Translations under genes and position numbers: made by a program | Notes under the pieces: generated by a model | Databases searched by the model: none | Told to the model about the DNA's origin: nothing | The model's input: only the letters and a program-made list of their open reading frames with translations | DNA from: Octopus vulgaris | Taxonomy: Eukaryota | Reading direction: 5' to 3' | Assembly: GCA_951406725.2 (NCBI GenBank) | Contig: OX597817.1 | Span: forward strand, 147,374,001 to 147,438,000 | DNA: 64,000 bases | Part shown: positions 1 to 12,354 of the stretch, one piece after another | How positions within the stretch are numbered: position 1 is the first letter of the stretch | How the letters are laid out: each line of letters opens with the position of its first letter

Positions 1-347
1 GCGGGCGTTATAACAATCTAACAGTCTAAGGATTATAACAGTGGCGACGAGGATTTAAAGAACTCACGAGGAATGAATAAACTTGACGAGGATAAACCAA
101 TTCACGTGGAGTTAATAGAAACTCTAAGAGGAGTTAATAATTCACAAAGTTTTGTTGTGTGAGTTTTACGAAAGAAAAATCGTAAAATAATGGAAAATTT
201 GTTGGCTGGTTTGCTCGACATGCAAAAACAGCAACAACAGCAACTAAAAGAACAACAACAGCAGCAGCTACAACCGTAAGAACAACAGTTGAAACAACAA
301 CAACAACAACAAATAATAATATTACAGCAACTCATTCTTCTCATGGA
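1..347 (+). mobile_element. Gypsy-type LTR retrotransposon 5' relic: LTR end, tRNA-Ser primer-binding site, degenerate poly-Q gag start
   Basis: ...TAACA (ends 40), then TGGCGACGAGGAT at 42-54, complementary to the 3' end of tRNA-Ser(GCT); ATG at 190 reads MENLLAGLLDMQKQQQQQLKEQQQQQLQP*EQQ; cut by a SINE at 349. Confidence 0.65.
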
Positions 348-348
348 A

Positions 349-635
349 GGCGCGGGCCTAGTGATTAAGGCCTAGTGATTAGGCCTAGTTATTAGGGCGT
401 TGCACTCACGAAAGTGTGGTCATGGTTTCGATTCCTAGACCGAACATTGCGTTCTGTTTTTGACCAAAGTACTTTATTTCACGTTACTCTTGTTCACTCA
501 AATATAAATGAAGAACCCTGCAACAGACAGGCGCCTCGCTCGATGGAATGTTGTGTGGTATCGGTGACTTATACGCCAAAGAAACCAGAGTAATCAACCT
601 ATGAGTAACTGGGCTCGAAACTACTTACTTTTACT
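349..635 (+). mobile_element. tRNA-derived SINE (family D), diverged
   Basis: A-box-like GGCCTAGTGATTA, B-box GGTTTCGATTCC; body and tail homologous to 39192-39439. Confidence 0.6.
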
Positions 636-1336
636 GTTCACTATTTCAGTTTCAACATACTCTTACGCAATTATACATTCACACAAATGTAGCAAAACTA
701 TTGTTTTTCTCATAAAGAAGGCAACATGTCTGAAATGTGAAGGGACAGTATATAAACCAGTATTACATCATGGTGGCAATTGTGCAACAAAATATGATTT
801 CAAACACATCTTAGTGAATTTTACAACGAAGCATAAAATAGATAACATTGATTTGACAGCTAATAATTTTAAAGAGAGTCATATAATAACATTAATATCA
901 AGGACGTTGGTAGCATCTACATAGTATAAAATATATATAAAAAAATAAACTGATGATAGATGTGTTAATCGACAAGTTTGCACATGGCAAACACAAAATG
1001 TGCTTTGTGTGAAGAATACACAGATGACATATGTAATATAGTAAGTGGTAACTTCACAAATTGAAGACAAGAATTCCATATACAATGTATGAACAACAGT
1101 CATATAACATATGATGATAAAATTCAACAGAACACGGATGACGTTGCAAAGACGAATGCGAGAGTAGAAGCGCTAACATATAGTTATATATTAAGACTCT
1201 TAAAGCCGGCTATACGCTTTTTCTGGCGTATACAGAACGAAGATCCCAAAGTTACCTTCCTGGTCCGCTGCAGTGCTTAAGGCTAGTTATTATTTTAAGA
1301 GGACAAAACAAGTCGCTTATATCAACCCCAGTACTA

Positions 1337-2066
1337 CAGGGTGATTGGAAAGTAACTCTCTATTTTAAAATGCTTATAATTTATTTATTAACTATAAATT
1401 TTTTTCTCAAATTTGTTGTGTATGTTCTTTAATGTATGGGAATTGATTCCATGTTGTTTTTTTTTTCAGTTTGATTATGTTATTTGAAATTTAGAAGCCC
1501 AACAAACATGGCTGGATGTTTTACTGTACAGGAGCGTGCCCAGCTAGCTGCACATTACGAAGTTTGGTGATCAGTTATTCAAGTGCAAAGATGGTGGAGG
1601 ATCATTAGAGGAAGACATGCTCAAGTTGATGGAAAGATAATCAAGAATTGTCATGCAACATTCTTGATTACAGGATTTGTAGCTGATACTTGAAGTGGCC
1701 GTCCTTCCAATTCATCAAGGTCCGCATGACTGGCTGGCCAGAAGCCCTGATCTAATACCCTGCGACTGTTTTCTTTGGGGTTGGTTAAAGGAGGAAATCC
1801 TCTCTACCAAACCAATGACTTTGGAAGAACTTGAAGGGTGAATACAAGAAGTTATGTCTTTCATTACACAAAACTTCCTGATGAAATCAGTTAATGTGGT
1901 TCCCAGGCGGCTTCAGAAGCTGGTGGTAAATGCTGATGCCTATATCAAATTTTAAATAAAATTCCATGCTATACTCTTTCTTTACATATTCGTTTTTTCT
2001 AAAAATTATAATTAATAAATAAATTATAAGTATTTTAAAATAGGGAGTTACTTTTCAATCACCCTG
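1337..2066 (+). mobile_element. Internally deleted Tc1/mariner-superfamily DNA transposon
   Basis: About 55-bp TIRs CAGGGTGATTG(G/A)AAAGTAACTC..., TA on both flanks; relic transposase N-terminus (MAGCFTVQERAQLAAHYE...SGRPS) joined to C-terminal WLARSPDLIPCDCFLWGWLK motif; in-frame stops. Confidence 0.9.
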
Positions 2067-2751
2067 TAGAGTGATACTTGACGTTACTTTACTGCTGCGA
2101 ACGATACAAAGCAAAGAAAATAGACGTGGGTCAGTGATGAGTAGTTTACGAAGTCTCTAACATAAACGCCTGTTTCAATCGCTATCTTTATAAATATGGC
2201 GGCAAAACGATATCGTCGAAATTGAATTGTAAGATATAGTAAGAAGCATCATAATTTCTTAATTTCTAAAGAAAATACAAACAAGGGTAATGAAGACTGC
2301 AAGATACGAACCAGAAATTGAAAGGTTGAGCAAATTATCTTTTAATTGTTTCGCTTATTGGACTGTGGTCAAGCTGGGGCAAGTTATAAAGACATTAATT
2401 AGGATGAACGAGATATTTCTTCCACATCATTTTTCATTCTTTCTTTCTTCGTTAGTTTGCTATCAGGTAAGTCATTGATCAAAGGTTATTGATCAAAGCT
2501 GTTTAGATTTAACTAGAAAGAAAACACCGCTCCTTTACTTTCTTCACGAATTTCTTGCACGAATACACTCTCAGGCACGTATATACAAACACCTATTATT
2601 CTCTCACCCTCTCTTTCTCTTTCCCTCTCCCTTTCTCTCTCTTTCTCTCACTCTGTCTATCTGTCTCTCTACATGTGTACCTGTCTATTTATCTATGTAT
2701 CTGTCTCTGTTTATCTCTCTCTCTTATTTATACAGTCATACCTATGTACTT

Positions 2752-2900
2752 GTTTCAAATTTTGGTACAAATCCAACAACAATTCTGTGCTCGGTCGGTG
2801 TTTATTTTACCGAACTTGGTGGAATTTGAACGTAAAGAAGGACGAAATGCCTTAAACATTTTGCGAGGCTCGGTAGAGATTCTGCCTCCACGTCGCCTTA
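2752..2900 (-). mobile_element. SINE family B fragment, degraded
   Basis: GGAATTTGAAC, GACGAAATGCC, ends ...GTCGCCTTA like other family B copies. Confidence 0.5.
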
Positions 2901-2927
2901 TATATGAATATATGTATATATATATAT

Positions 2928-3463
2928 TCGATTCAAAAATGATTCTTTTTGTGACGAGAAAGTAGCATAATGCAGGCTTGCAAACGTTGCAGTTTCTGAT
3001 TTTCATTGAGTTTATGTGCAACATATTTATCCACCTTTTTCACTTTTCCGAGTTGAACTAGGTGAGTCAATATTGTTTGCTTGCTAATACCAAACAATAA
3101 CGAAAAATCACGGGCACTTTGAGATGGCCCTGACTCGACGGTGGTTTTCAGTTCGTCATTAACATTGTTTCTTGTCGTCCGCATTGCTATTTTGTGAGGT
3201 CAAAGTTACCAGAACGAAATTTTGCAAACCGATTTGATAGTGTGTTGGGTAATAAACTTAGAAGGAAATACTCCATTAATGTTCCGAGCTGTCTGTGATG
3301 CTGTCTTTCCAAGAAAGAACTCATATTTCAAAACTGCACGAATTTCCCACTTATCCATCTCTGAACAAAAATAGCAGAAAACGATTTATAAATAATTTAT
3401 AAAGCGCAAAATGAGCAGCTTTCAAAATTTACCATATGCCCTACTACAAATTTCATACTTGAC
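2928..3463 (-). mobile_element. Mariner transposase 5' relic (HTH region)
   Basis: Minus strand MDKWEIRAVLKYEFFLGKTASQTARNIN...; ORF 2933-3184 ...ISKQTILTHLVQLGKVKKVDKYVAHKL (WVPHEL-like motif); frameshifted and truncated. Confidence 0.8.
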
Positions 3464-3543
3464 GACGACGACATACATACTCACAAGCGCACGCGCGCGC
3501 GCACACACACAAACACACACACTCATATATACATATATATATA

Positions 3544-3946
3544 GGCGTAGGAGTGGCTGCGTGGCAAGTAGCTTGCTTACGATCAAGATGGTTCCAGGTT
3601 CAGTCACACTGCGTGGCAGCTTGGCCAGGTGTACTCTACTATAGCTTCTGGCCGACCAAAGCCTTGTCAGTGGATTTGGTTGACGGAAACTGAAAGAAGC
3701 CTGTCGTAAAAATGTATATATATATGTATGTATATGTTTGTGTGTCTGTGTTTGTTCCCCCTCTATCGCTTGACAACCGATGTTAGTATGTTTACGTCCC
3801 CATAACCTAGCGGTTTGGCAAAAGAGACTCATAGAATAAGTACTTGGCTTACAAAGAATAAGTCCCGGGAGCGAATTGTTCGACTAAAGGCGGTGCTTCA
3901 GCATAGCCGCAGTCAAGTGACTGAAACAAATAGAAGAATAAAAGAA
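3544..3946 (+). mobile_element. SINE family A, full length (tRNA-like head, internal microsatellite, LINE-like tail)
   Basis: GGCGTAGGAGTGGCTGCGTGG head ... GGAAACTGAAAGAAGCC ... CAGCATAGCCGCAGTCAAGTGACTGAAAC tail; more than 10 copies in window. Confidence 0.85.
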
Positions 3947-3956
3947 TATCTATATA

Positions 3957-4274
<318 letters not shown>

Positions 4275-5529
4275 TATATCTATAAAGAAGGAATTGAAAG
4301 ATTCAAACATGCATAAGATGGAATGTCTTACGTTATTCGATCTCACACCCTGCTGATCCCGTCGAAATCCATCTTTCTGTGATTGACGAAGAAAACCCCT
4401 ATGTGTCCTCGAGTCGATTCTATTCCGGTCTGTCTTATTTTTCCGAGTTATCGCCTCAGTTCAGATTTTCTGAGCAATTAGTGTAAGGTTTGTGTTGCCT
4501 AGAAGAATACAGTAAAGCCTACGTGTGTCTGTGGAATACTCGGCTGTTTACCCGTTAATTATAAGTATGTGTTCAGTTAAAGAAACAAATAGATGTTCAT
4601 CGTAGATACTGACGGAGTATCCAACTTCTAAGCACAAATATACACACACACTTTTTATGTATTTGCATGCCTATATATTTGTTCGAACATAAATCAGACG
4701 CAGAAAGCCTTATGCATGGAGATATTTAATATTTAAACAATGTGAGTTTGGCAAAGTTATGAAACGCTGTAAACAAACTTGTCTGAAAACTTGACAACGC
4801 TGATATTTGGTATGAGAAATATTTCTGCGAATCAAAAACCGAAATAATCTGTCTTATATCGGTGGTTGTACCATTGTTTAGCACTTATGCTGGCACAGTC
4901 ATTTGCTATCCCGTACCTTAGCAACTAAGTAGATTTTATGGCATGCTGAAGACAAGAGCGAAGCCGATACTGCAACAGTACACATCCGAGTATTTACGTT
5001 GTCATAGCAATAAAGATAGTAAATGAGAATTAAATGATTAGGTATATTGTTGAGAGAAGATTTTCTTTATTCGTTCTTTCTATCCTTCGTTGATATTGAA
5101 TATGTTTGTTTTCAATATTTTTGCTTAATTTTCCGGTAATGTTGCTCGTTCGTTATATTTCTAGCTGTTTCGTCTGATGCTGGTTTTCAACGATGTTTGA
5201 AAACATCTAAAAACAGACGCCCAATTCAGAAGACGTGGTAAGCAATGTACGGCAGAGACAAGTGATCGCAATAAACATGACCCATATTTTCAATCAGCTA
5301 AATCATGTCTGCATCCATGAAAACAAAAGCAATAGAGAATTTCGTACGAAAATACATGCAAAGATACGTATGTAAAAGTCATTAAATATTAACAATGAAC
5401 TCTAACTAGTAAATACATTGAAAACATCCAATATAAATGTTGAATCAGTCTTCATCTTCTGTTATATTTCCATTCACATCTAGAATGCATAGCAGGAATA
5501 TTAAATCGACACCGTTACATGACAGGTAC

Positions 5530-5947
5530 TAGAGCTTTTCGGTTTGAACGGCAGTTTTTATCATAATTTCTAGGTAACTAAAAAAATTTTAAACTTCGTA
5601 TACTGGAAGAATGTGTTTATAAAACATCTTTTTCTCTTGGCTTTATTGAGAAAATTTTATAGTTTGTAAGATATTTGTTTTTTTTTCTTCAATTTCTGCA
5701 ATTTCAACCAATCAATGACGTGTATTGAGGTAAAAAACATTCTGTGCCGCATGAATATGTCCTTCGTTTAAGAAACAGATTTGGTTTATTTACATTTGTG
5801 AAGAAAAAAAGATACTCTTCCCCCCACCCCTAACCCTAACCCTAAAATAGATTGAAATGCAATAGATCGATACTAAGGTCATAATTATGGGAGACAATTT
5901 CATATGACACCGCTAGAAAAAACTGCCGTTCAAACCGAAAGGATCCC
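5530..5947 (+). mobile_element. MITE with GGGATC-type termini and internal TAACCC repeats
   Basis: TIRs CTTTTCGGTTTGAACGGCAGTTTTT / AAAAACTGCCGTTCAAACCGAAAGGATCCC; flanks AGGTAC...AGGTAC; second copy at 23392-23799. Confidence 0.85.
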
Positions 5948-5991
5948 AGGTACTTTATTTTATTGCTCTCGAGAAGCTCAAGCGCAAAACT

Positions 5992-6250
5992 GGGATCTTT
6001 TCTCTTTGACCGGCAGATTTTTTAAATAATTTCTTTGTAACTAAACACTTTTAAACTTCGTATACTGGTAGAATGTGTTACATAAAACATCTTTTTCCCT
6101 TGGCTTTCTTGAAAAACTTCTGTAGTTTGTAAGCAATTTGTTGTCAAATTTCTTGCATTTCGGCAATTTCAACCAATCAATGACGTCTATTGAGGTGAAT
6201 TTATTTAAAAAATTATTAAAAAAATCTGCCGGTCAAAGTTAAAAGATCCC
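5992..6250 (+). mobile_element. Related MITE subfamily with 6-bp TSD
   Basis: TIRs GGGATCTTTTCTCTTTGACCGGCAGATTTTTT / AAAAAATCTGCCGGTCAAAGTTAAAAGATCCC; TSD AAAACT at 5986-5991 and 6251-6256; interior homologous to the 5530 element. Confidence 0.85.
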
Positions 6251-6457
6251 AAAACTAGCCTTGGTAGGAATAGAACAGCAATAATTCAAAACCAGAAGGC
6301 ACGTTATTCGACGCTTTAGCGATCTTACCAAATACTCTCGATTACAGGTCATATTTTCTGTTCGTCTTACTCAATGATAACAAAGCGTGATAACAAAGCG
6401 CTGTCTTACATAAGTGAGTGTTCTCATTCGAGCAAGAACTTTAGATATGAGTAATCA

Positions 6458-6756
6458 ACACACACATACATACATACACACACACGCACACACGCAGGCT
6501 CACGCACACACACACACACAAACTCACGCATACAAACACACAGACTCTAACACACACACAAACACACACATAGACACACATACAAATACATGCACACACA
6601 TACACATACGCGCGTACACACACACATACACACAAACACACCTGCTAATACACACAAATATATGCATGCACACACACATACACACACACGTACACACACA
6701 CACACACGCACAGACACATACAGACACACGTACACACACACACGCACGCACACGCA
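6458..6756. repeat. Degenerate (CA)n microsatellite
   Basis: CA/CG-rich run. Confidence 0.9.
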
Positions 6757-6759
6757 GAT

Positions 6760-7130
6760 GAAAGATGAAATAAGTTCAAGAATAGAGTGATTCAAGGGAC
6801 ATATAAGGAAAGCGATATAGTCTTACAGATGTTTCTGTGATATTATGGATACGACTTCTTCAGAGACGATGTGAGGGAAGTAAGTATTCGAGTTTGAAGT
6901 AAGGAAATTTTTATGGAAAGGGAGGAGATAGGGAAAATAGAGGGAAAATAGAGGGAAATAAAAGAATGAAAGTACAAATGACATAAAATATTGTCGTTGC
7001 AGTTAAGTGGTGTATAGAAGTGGTAAAAATGTTTACTGTACATGGTATGTAAGTTCCGATAGTTTAGTCATTTGTGGTGTGTAGCACACCACAAAACCCC
7101 TTCGAATGGGTAAAACGATCCATGATTCCA
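6760..7130 (-). mobile_element. Penelope-like LTR fragment
   Basis: Homologous to 47251-48173; contains a hammerhead motif. Confidence 0.5.
6820..6867 (-). ncRNA. Minimal type I hammerhead ribozyme motif
   Basis: Minus strand gtct-CTGAAGA-a...-GAAA-catctg-TA-agac; stem II poorly paired. Confidence 0.55.
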
Positions 7131-7234
7131 TACTTTGAAATGAGATATATATGTGTGTGTGTTTGTGTGTGTGTGTGTATGTGTGAGTGTGTATGTGTGT
7201 CATTGTGTGTGTGTACAAATATATATGTATGAGA

Positions 7235-7394
7235 GCAGGAGTGGCTGTGTGGCAAGTAGCTTGCTTACAAATCACGTGGTTCCGGGTTCGGTCTCACTAC
7301 GTGATACCTTCAGCAAGTGTCTTCTACTATAGCCTCAGGCCTACCAAAGACTTGTGAGTAGATTTGGTTGACGGAAACTGAAAGAAGCCCGTCG

Positions 7395-7428
<34 letters not shown>

Positions 7429-7637
7429 GGTGTATATGTTTGTGTGTGTATTCGTCCCCAAATCTTGATAAGTGATACTGGTGCAGTTACGTTCCGTAAT
7501 CTAGCGGTTCAACAAAAGAGACTGATAGAATACACGCACTAGATACAAAGAATACGTCTTGGGGTTGATTTACTCGACTAGAGGCGGTGCTCCAACATGG
7601 TCGCAATCAAATGACTGAAACAATTGAAAGAATTAAA

Positions 7638-7640
<3 letters not shown>
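7235..7640 (+). mobile_element. SINE family A, full length
   Basis: Family A head, internal (TA)n, tail ...CAAATGACTGAAAC. Confidence 0.85.
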
Positions 7641-7688
<48 letters not shown>

Positions 7689-7815
7689 TGGGTGTGTAGT
7701 TAAAGAGGTTGCTTTGCACGTTCAGTGCCACTGTGCGGCACTTTGGACAAATGTCGTCTGTGATAGCCACAAGCTGATGAATGCTTTGTGTGTGAAAGAT
7801 GTGCGGCAGCCCGTG

Positions 7816-7855
<40 letters not shown>

Positions 7856-7969
7856 GGGTAACAGGATATTAAGAAGTGATGCAGTACGACCGCTTCAAGC
7901 GGCTCCATTTAATTGAATAAATGCAATCATTGCATCAAATTAAATGTATGTACATATCTATATACTCTA

Positions 7970-8027
<58 letters not shown>

Positions 8028-8997
8028 TGTGTGTGTATGTGTGTTTGTGCGTCTTTGTGTCTATGCTTGTTCCGCTAGAGCGCCGGTGTTAGTTTGATTA
8101 TGTCCCCGTGACTAAGTTGTTAGAGGAAATAGAGTGAGAGAATAAAAATACCACTCTTGGAAAAATATATAAGTACTGGACTAAAACTCTTTAAGCCGGT
8201 GATCCAGCATGACTGCAATCCAATGACTGACAGAAATAAAATATAAAAAAATAGCAGCAGTAATATCTCACAGATGTAAACATTATACAAACCTAGAATT
8301 ATGGGACTCCTATTTATGAAGAGATTACGAATAGCACTATATATAACTTAGATACCTATTTTACTGTGTAAAATAATTCACAATTGTGTTTTGAATATAT
8401 AGAATGAAAAAGGATATGTATTTGTCAGTTAGAGAATTGTGTAGTTAAGTATACGTGCTAGGACTTAAATATACAATCTTTCATCTGATTTAGTGTAAAG
8501 GATCACAGATTAGGCTAATCTAGAGAGACAGCTTCTCTTTTCCTCCCTTCAACACGACTTCTGAAATAGTCCTGGTCAGTATTGGCTGTTATCGTATGCT
8601 AATGTTTCGCCAACCTTATTTTGACTTAAATATATCTCGACCTTTCCCGTGGTTGTTTGACCCAATCCTCATTTACTATGCATTCTTCAAGGCTTCATAG
8701 TACATACCTTTAAAATTCTTAAAGGTTTTAGATGAGGTAAAAGTAGTTATATGTCTGCAACCATGCATCTATATGTGTATGTGTTCATGTAATGAATGTA
8801 TGTCTAGATGAGGTGGTTGTGTCTGTGTATGCATGTATGTAATTGTGTATGTATGCATGTACATACACATGTATATACACACATGTATATACACACATGT
8901 ATATACACACATGTATATGCATCTAAAAGTCTTATGGATTTCTGATGGTTTAGAAATAACTATCTGCATATGCATATATGCATGTATGCAGGCTTGA

Positions 8998-9052
<55 letters not shown>

Positions 9053-9998
9053 CATACACACATACATATATACATACATACATACACACATACATTCATA
9101 CATATGTATACGTGTACTTGTGTGTGTATGGATACATATGTATATACGTGTTGTCGCTCGTTCGTTTGTGTATGCGCATACTCATCAGAATTCCTTAGAT
9201 AAGGACAAATAAAGACATGGAGAAATAAAGTAACCGAGGCATTCAAAATGCAACAGCCATTTCAGTGTTGTTTCTCTTATCAACGGTGGAATCTTTCAGA
9301 ACAACGAGGTATTTAAACGACACTACATTCCCGTATTTATGGATGTCAGTTCGTGGTGAGATGCTGACATTTATCAAGGTAATGAATGGCTTTGCTTCAC
9401 AATACCTTTTACACCGATTTAATGCCTTTTAGTATGGACGTTATCAGTTCTGCATCCAGCCGCAAGTGTAAACAATTCGAGTGGAATTCCATTTTAGTGA
9501 TCATTCGACGAACGTGTAATGAATAAACTTTGCTAAGCCAGCGATGTTGGAGCATCAAGATATTAATCTCTGTTATTTTGACAGAAACATCACAACAAAT
9601 TATACATCTCTTTACAAAGCCTTATCCACCTTGCCCTAAGTCACCCAATCCTTAGCAACATGACATTTTCTCTATTTTAGTCATGTTTTAATTAGTATTA
9701 ACAAGTAATCTTATGCATTGTAACTTTGTGTTTTCTTTCATAAATAAGTCCAACTCATTTAAATAGATAATTGTTATTTGTTTCTTCTTCTGACAAGTTG
9801 CTTCTCTTTTCTCCTCTCATAGTTGCTACACGCCATTTCGTTCATTTTAAGCTATTTCCTAAAAGTAATGTCACCGAAATTTTACGTTGCAAAAAACACA
9901 AAAATCGTCGGATCTTTTCTGATGTGGTAAAATGCTAATTTACTTTTGTAAGACGATGAAGAAATCAACAACATTCAATCTGTTACTTTCTGTCTCTC

Positions 9999-10054
<56 letters not shown>

Positions 10055-10983
10055 CGGATAAGGTGAACGAAGACAAACCAGTGTGTAAGCAAGTGACCAA
10101 ACATAAATCGGTTATACTCGCAATAAATGAACGTTAAAATTCTGTTCGAAGTGTATGTGTGATAACGTTTTGAGAGACATGAATCACATCCTTTAAGCAA
10201 GTTAATCAGGTATTGTAAACATCCTTATATGGATCCAGCTTTTGCAGGCCTTTCATTTGGCTTGCGTTCTCATTCTTTCTTTCCATATTCCTACCTTTCA
10301 GTGCATTCATACCAATCATCAATCATTTTGCTTTTTCATCTATTCATTTATTTTGACAATGTTTATTATGCTCTCCTTTCTCTGATAGAATCAGGAACAA
10401 AACGCACGCACAAAACCAAAATGAATCATATGAAAGCACACACTAATACACCTATCATACTTTTAAACAGGCAGAAATATCTCACTCCACAACCACATAT
10501 AAACACATAAACTTCAGCTAACACACACGAAATTATTTACAAATCCTCGTTCGTGAACAAAGAAAACCAAAATTCCTTCTGAACAAAATGAAAAACAGAG
10601 ACACATAATTGAAGTATAGGAATAAGCCTGTTCACATTTATACTATTATATCCATCCAATGTTTATATCTTTCTATATAGCACGTACACTGGAACTAAAA
10701 TGTAGCTTTAGTTAAAGAATATTTTTTTCGCTAAATTTGTCAATAGTAAAATATTTCTGTGTAAACGTGAAGTAAACATCGGAGATGCTTTCCACACAGA
10801 ACTGCAGGAATTTCGAAGAAGTTTTGAAAGCTCTTCTGAATATATTGCAACGATGGAAATCTTTTCGTATTTTTAGGAGGTCTTTCAGTATCAAAATCGT
10901 TCATCCATTTTCCTGTACGCTTCGCCTGAGTGCGACAGCGGAGATTGAATTAGTCTTCGTTTCTAGAAGGTTTTCACCTGCGG

Positions 10984-11212
10984 TCTTTCGCTAACCGCGC
11001 TTATTTCGAGCTGCAGTGCCTGACTTCTTTACAGCTTTCTTCAATTGTTTCAGTATCAGACCAATTTTTGCAGGAATTAGCGCACCACGAGAACCGATCT
11101 TTCGCTAATCGCGCTTATTTCGAGTTGCGGTGCCTGACTTCTTTATCGCTTTCTTCAATTGTTTCCGTTTCAGACCAATTTTTTGCAGGAATTAGCGCAC
11201 CACGAGAACCGG
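10984..11212. repeat. Tandem duplication, two copies of about 114 bp
   Basis: TCTTTCGCTAA(C/T)CGCGCTTATTTCGAG...GCGCACCACGAGAACCG occurs twice. Confidence 0.9.
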
Positions 11213-11685
11213 AAAGAAGCGGAAGCTGACTTCATTCACGTAAATAATAATAGTATCTATCATTATTGAATTTTTCTCGTCACTTACTCGGAGCATGAAA
11301 AGGGGATTTAGGCCAATAGCATAGATTTGTGGGTTTAAAATACTATTCGACTGTTATCATAGTTTTAACTATAATGCTTACTGTAAAGCACAATCGAGCA
11401 AAGCTTTGTGATACTTGGGTATAAGCTATATTTCGCTTTGTTTTTGAACTGTTCAGTTGTATTGAAAACTTACTGTTTGATGTGTATATGCAACTAAAAA
11501 ATACTATGTTCCGTAAGATTAATGTAAGATTACTCAGGTTTAAATTCCGTATTTGTCAGCAATTTTTATTTTACTAGTTTCCATAGGAACTCTTATTATA
11601 AAAGGAATGTTTCCGTTTTTAACACTACATTCCAGTTATCTATATTTCATTTGCTTATATTTAGCGAATTTCTTCCATTCCGATA

Positions 11686-11932
11686 CAGTACTCCCTCGAA
11701 TATCGCGGGTGTTACGATCCAAAACCTCACGTGATAGGTGGTAATACGCCAAGTAGAAACAGAACTGTATATATATATTTAATTTTTTTTTATAATTTGT
11801 ATATATTTATTTTATTATAAATGCAAAACAACACCACGGAGGATCGACGTAAGCTTAAATAATAAAACGCTATAGGTGAACCGCAGTAGATGAACCGCAG
11901 TAGATGAACCGCGATATGGCGAGGGATTACTG
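11686..11932. mobile_element. pogo/Tigger-type MITE
   Basis: TIRs CAGTACTCCCTCGAATATCGCGG / CCGCGATATGGCGAGGGATTACTG; TA flanks. Confidence 0.85.
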
Positions 11933-12074
11933 TATCTCGTGTTTGGAAATATATATTCTTAATAGACTCTGATGACAATATTAGAATGATTTAACTTACT
12001 CTCTCTACCGTCTGCTTCACTTTCAGCTCTATGCTTGTACCATTACATCGTTGTCGAGATTTCGATCATATTTT

Positions 12075-12280
12075 CAAGTTTTGGTACAAGGCCAGCAATT
12101 TTAGGCGCGGGTGTAAGTCGCGTACATCGATCTCAGTTTTTAACTCGTACTTACTTTTAGCGACTCCGGAAAGGTGAAAGGCAAAGTCCACCGCGACAGT
12201 ATCTGAATTCAGAACGTACAGAGCCAGAAGGAATACCACTTAAACATTTTGTTCGACGCGCTAACGACTTTGCTAACTTA
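12075..12280 (-). mobile_element. SINE family B, old-tail type
   Basis: TGAAAGGCAAAGTC core; GGCCTTGTACCAAAAC tail on the minus strand. Confidence 0.65.
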
Positions 12281-12354
12281 CTATAATGCTGACTAATTTC
12301 AAGTTCCAAGCTAGCATGCCTATGCAAACAGACAGACAGACAGACGAACACACA

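Noticed and set aside
601-924. 107-aa ORF with a signal-peptide-like start
   Set aside because: Starts inside a SINE tail; no recognisable domain or splice support
5826-5845. Interstitial telomere or chromosome-fusion scar (TAACCC)
   Set aside because: Only about three units, and they are an internal part of a multi-copy MITE
9250-9840. Possible hAT transposase relic on the minus strand (NIAGLAKF, W..GKV-like peptides)
   Set aside because: Motifs are weak and in the wrong order
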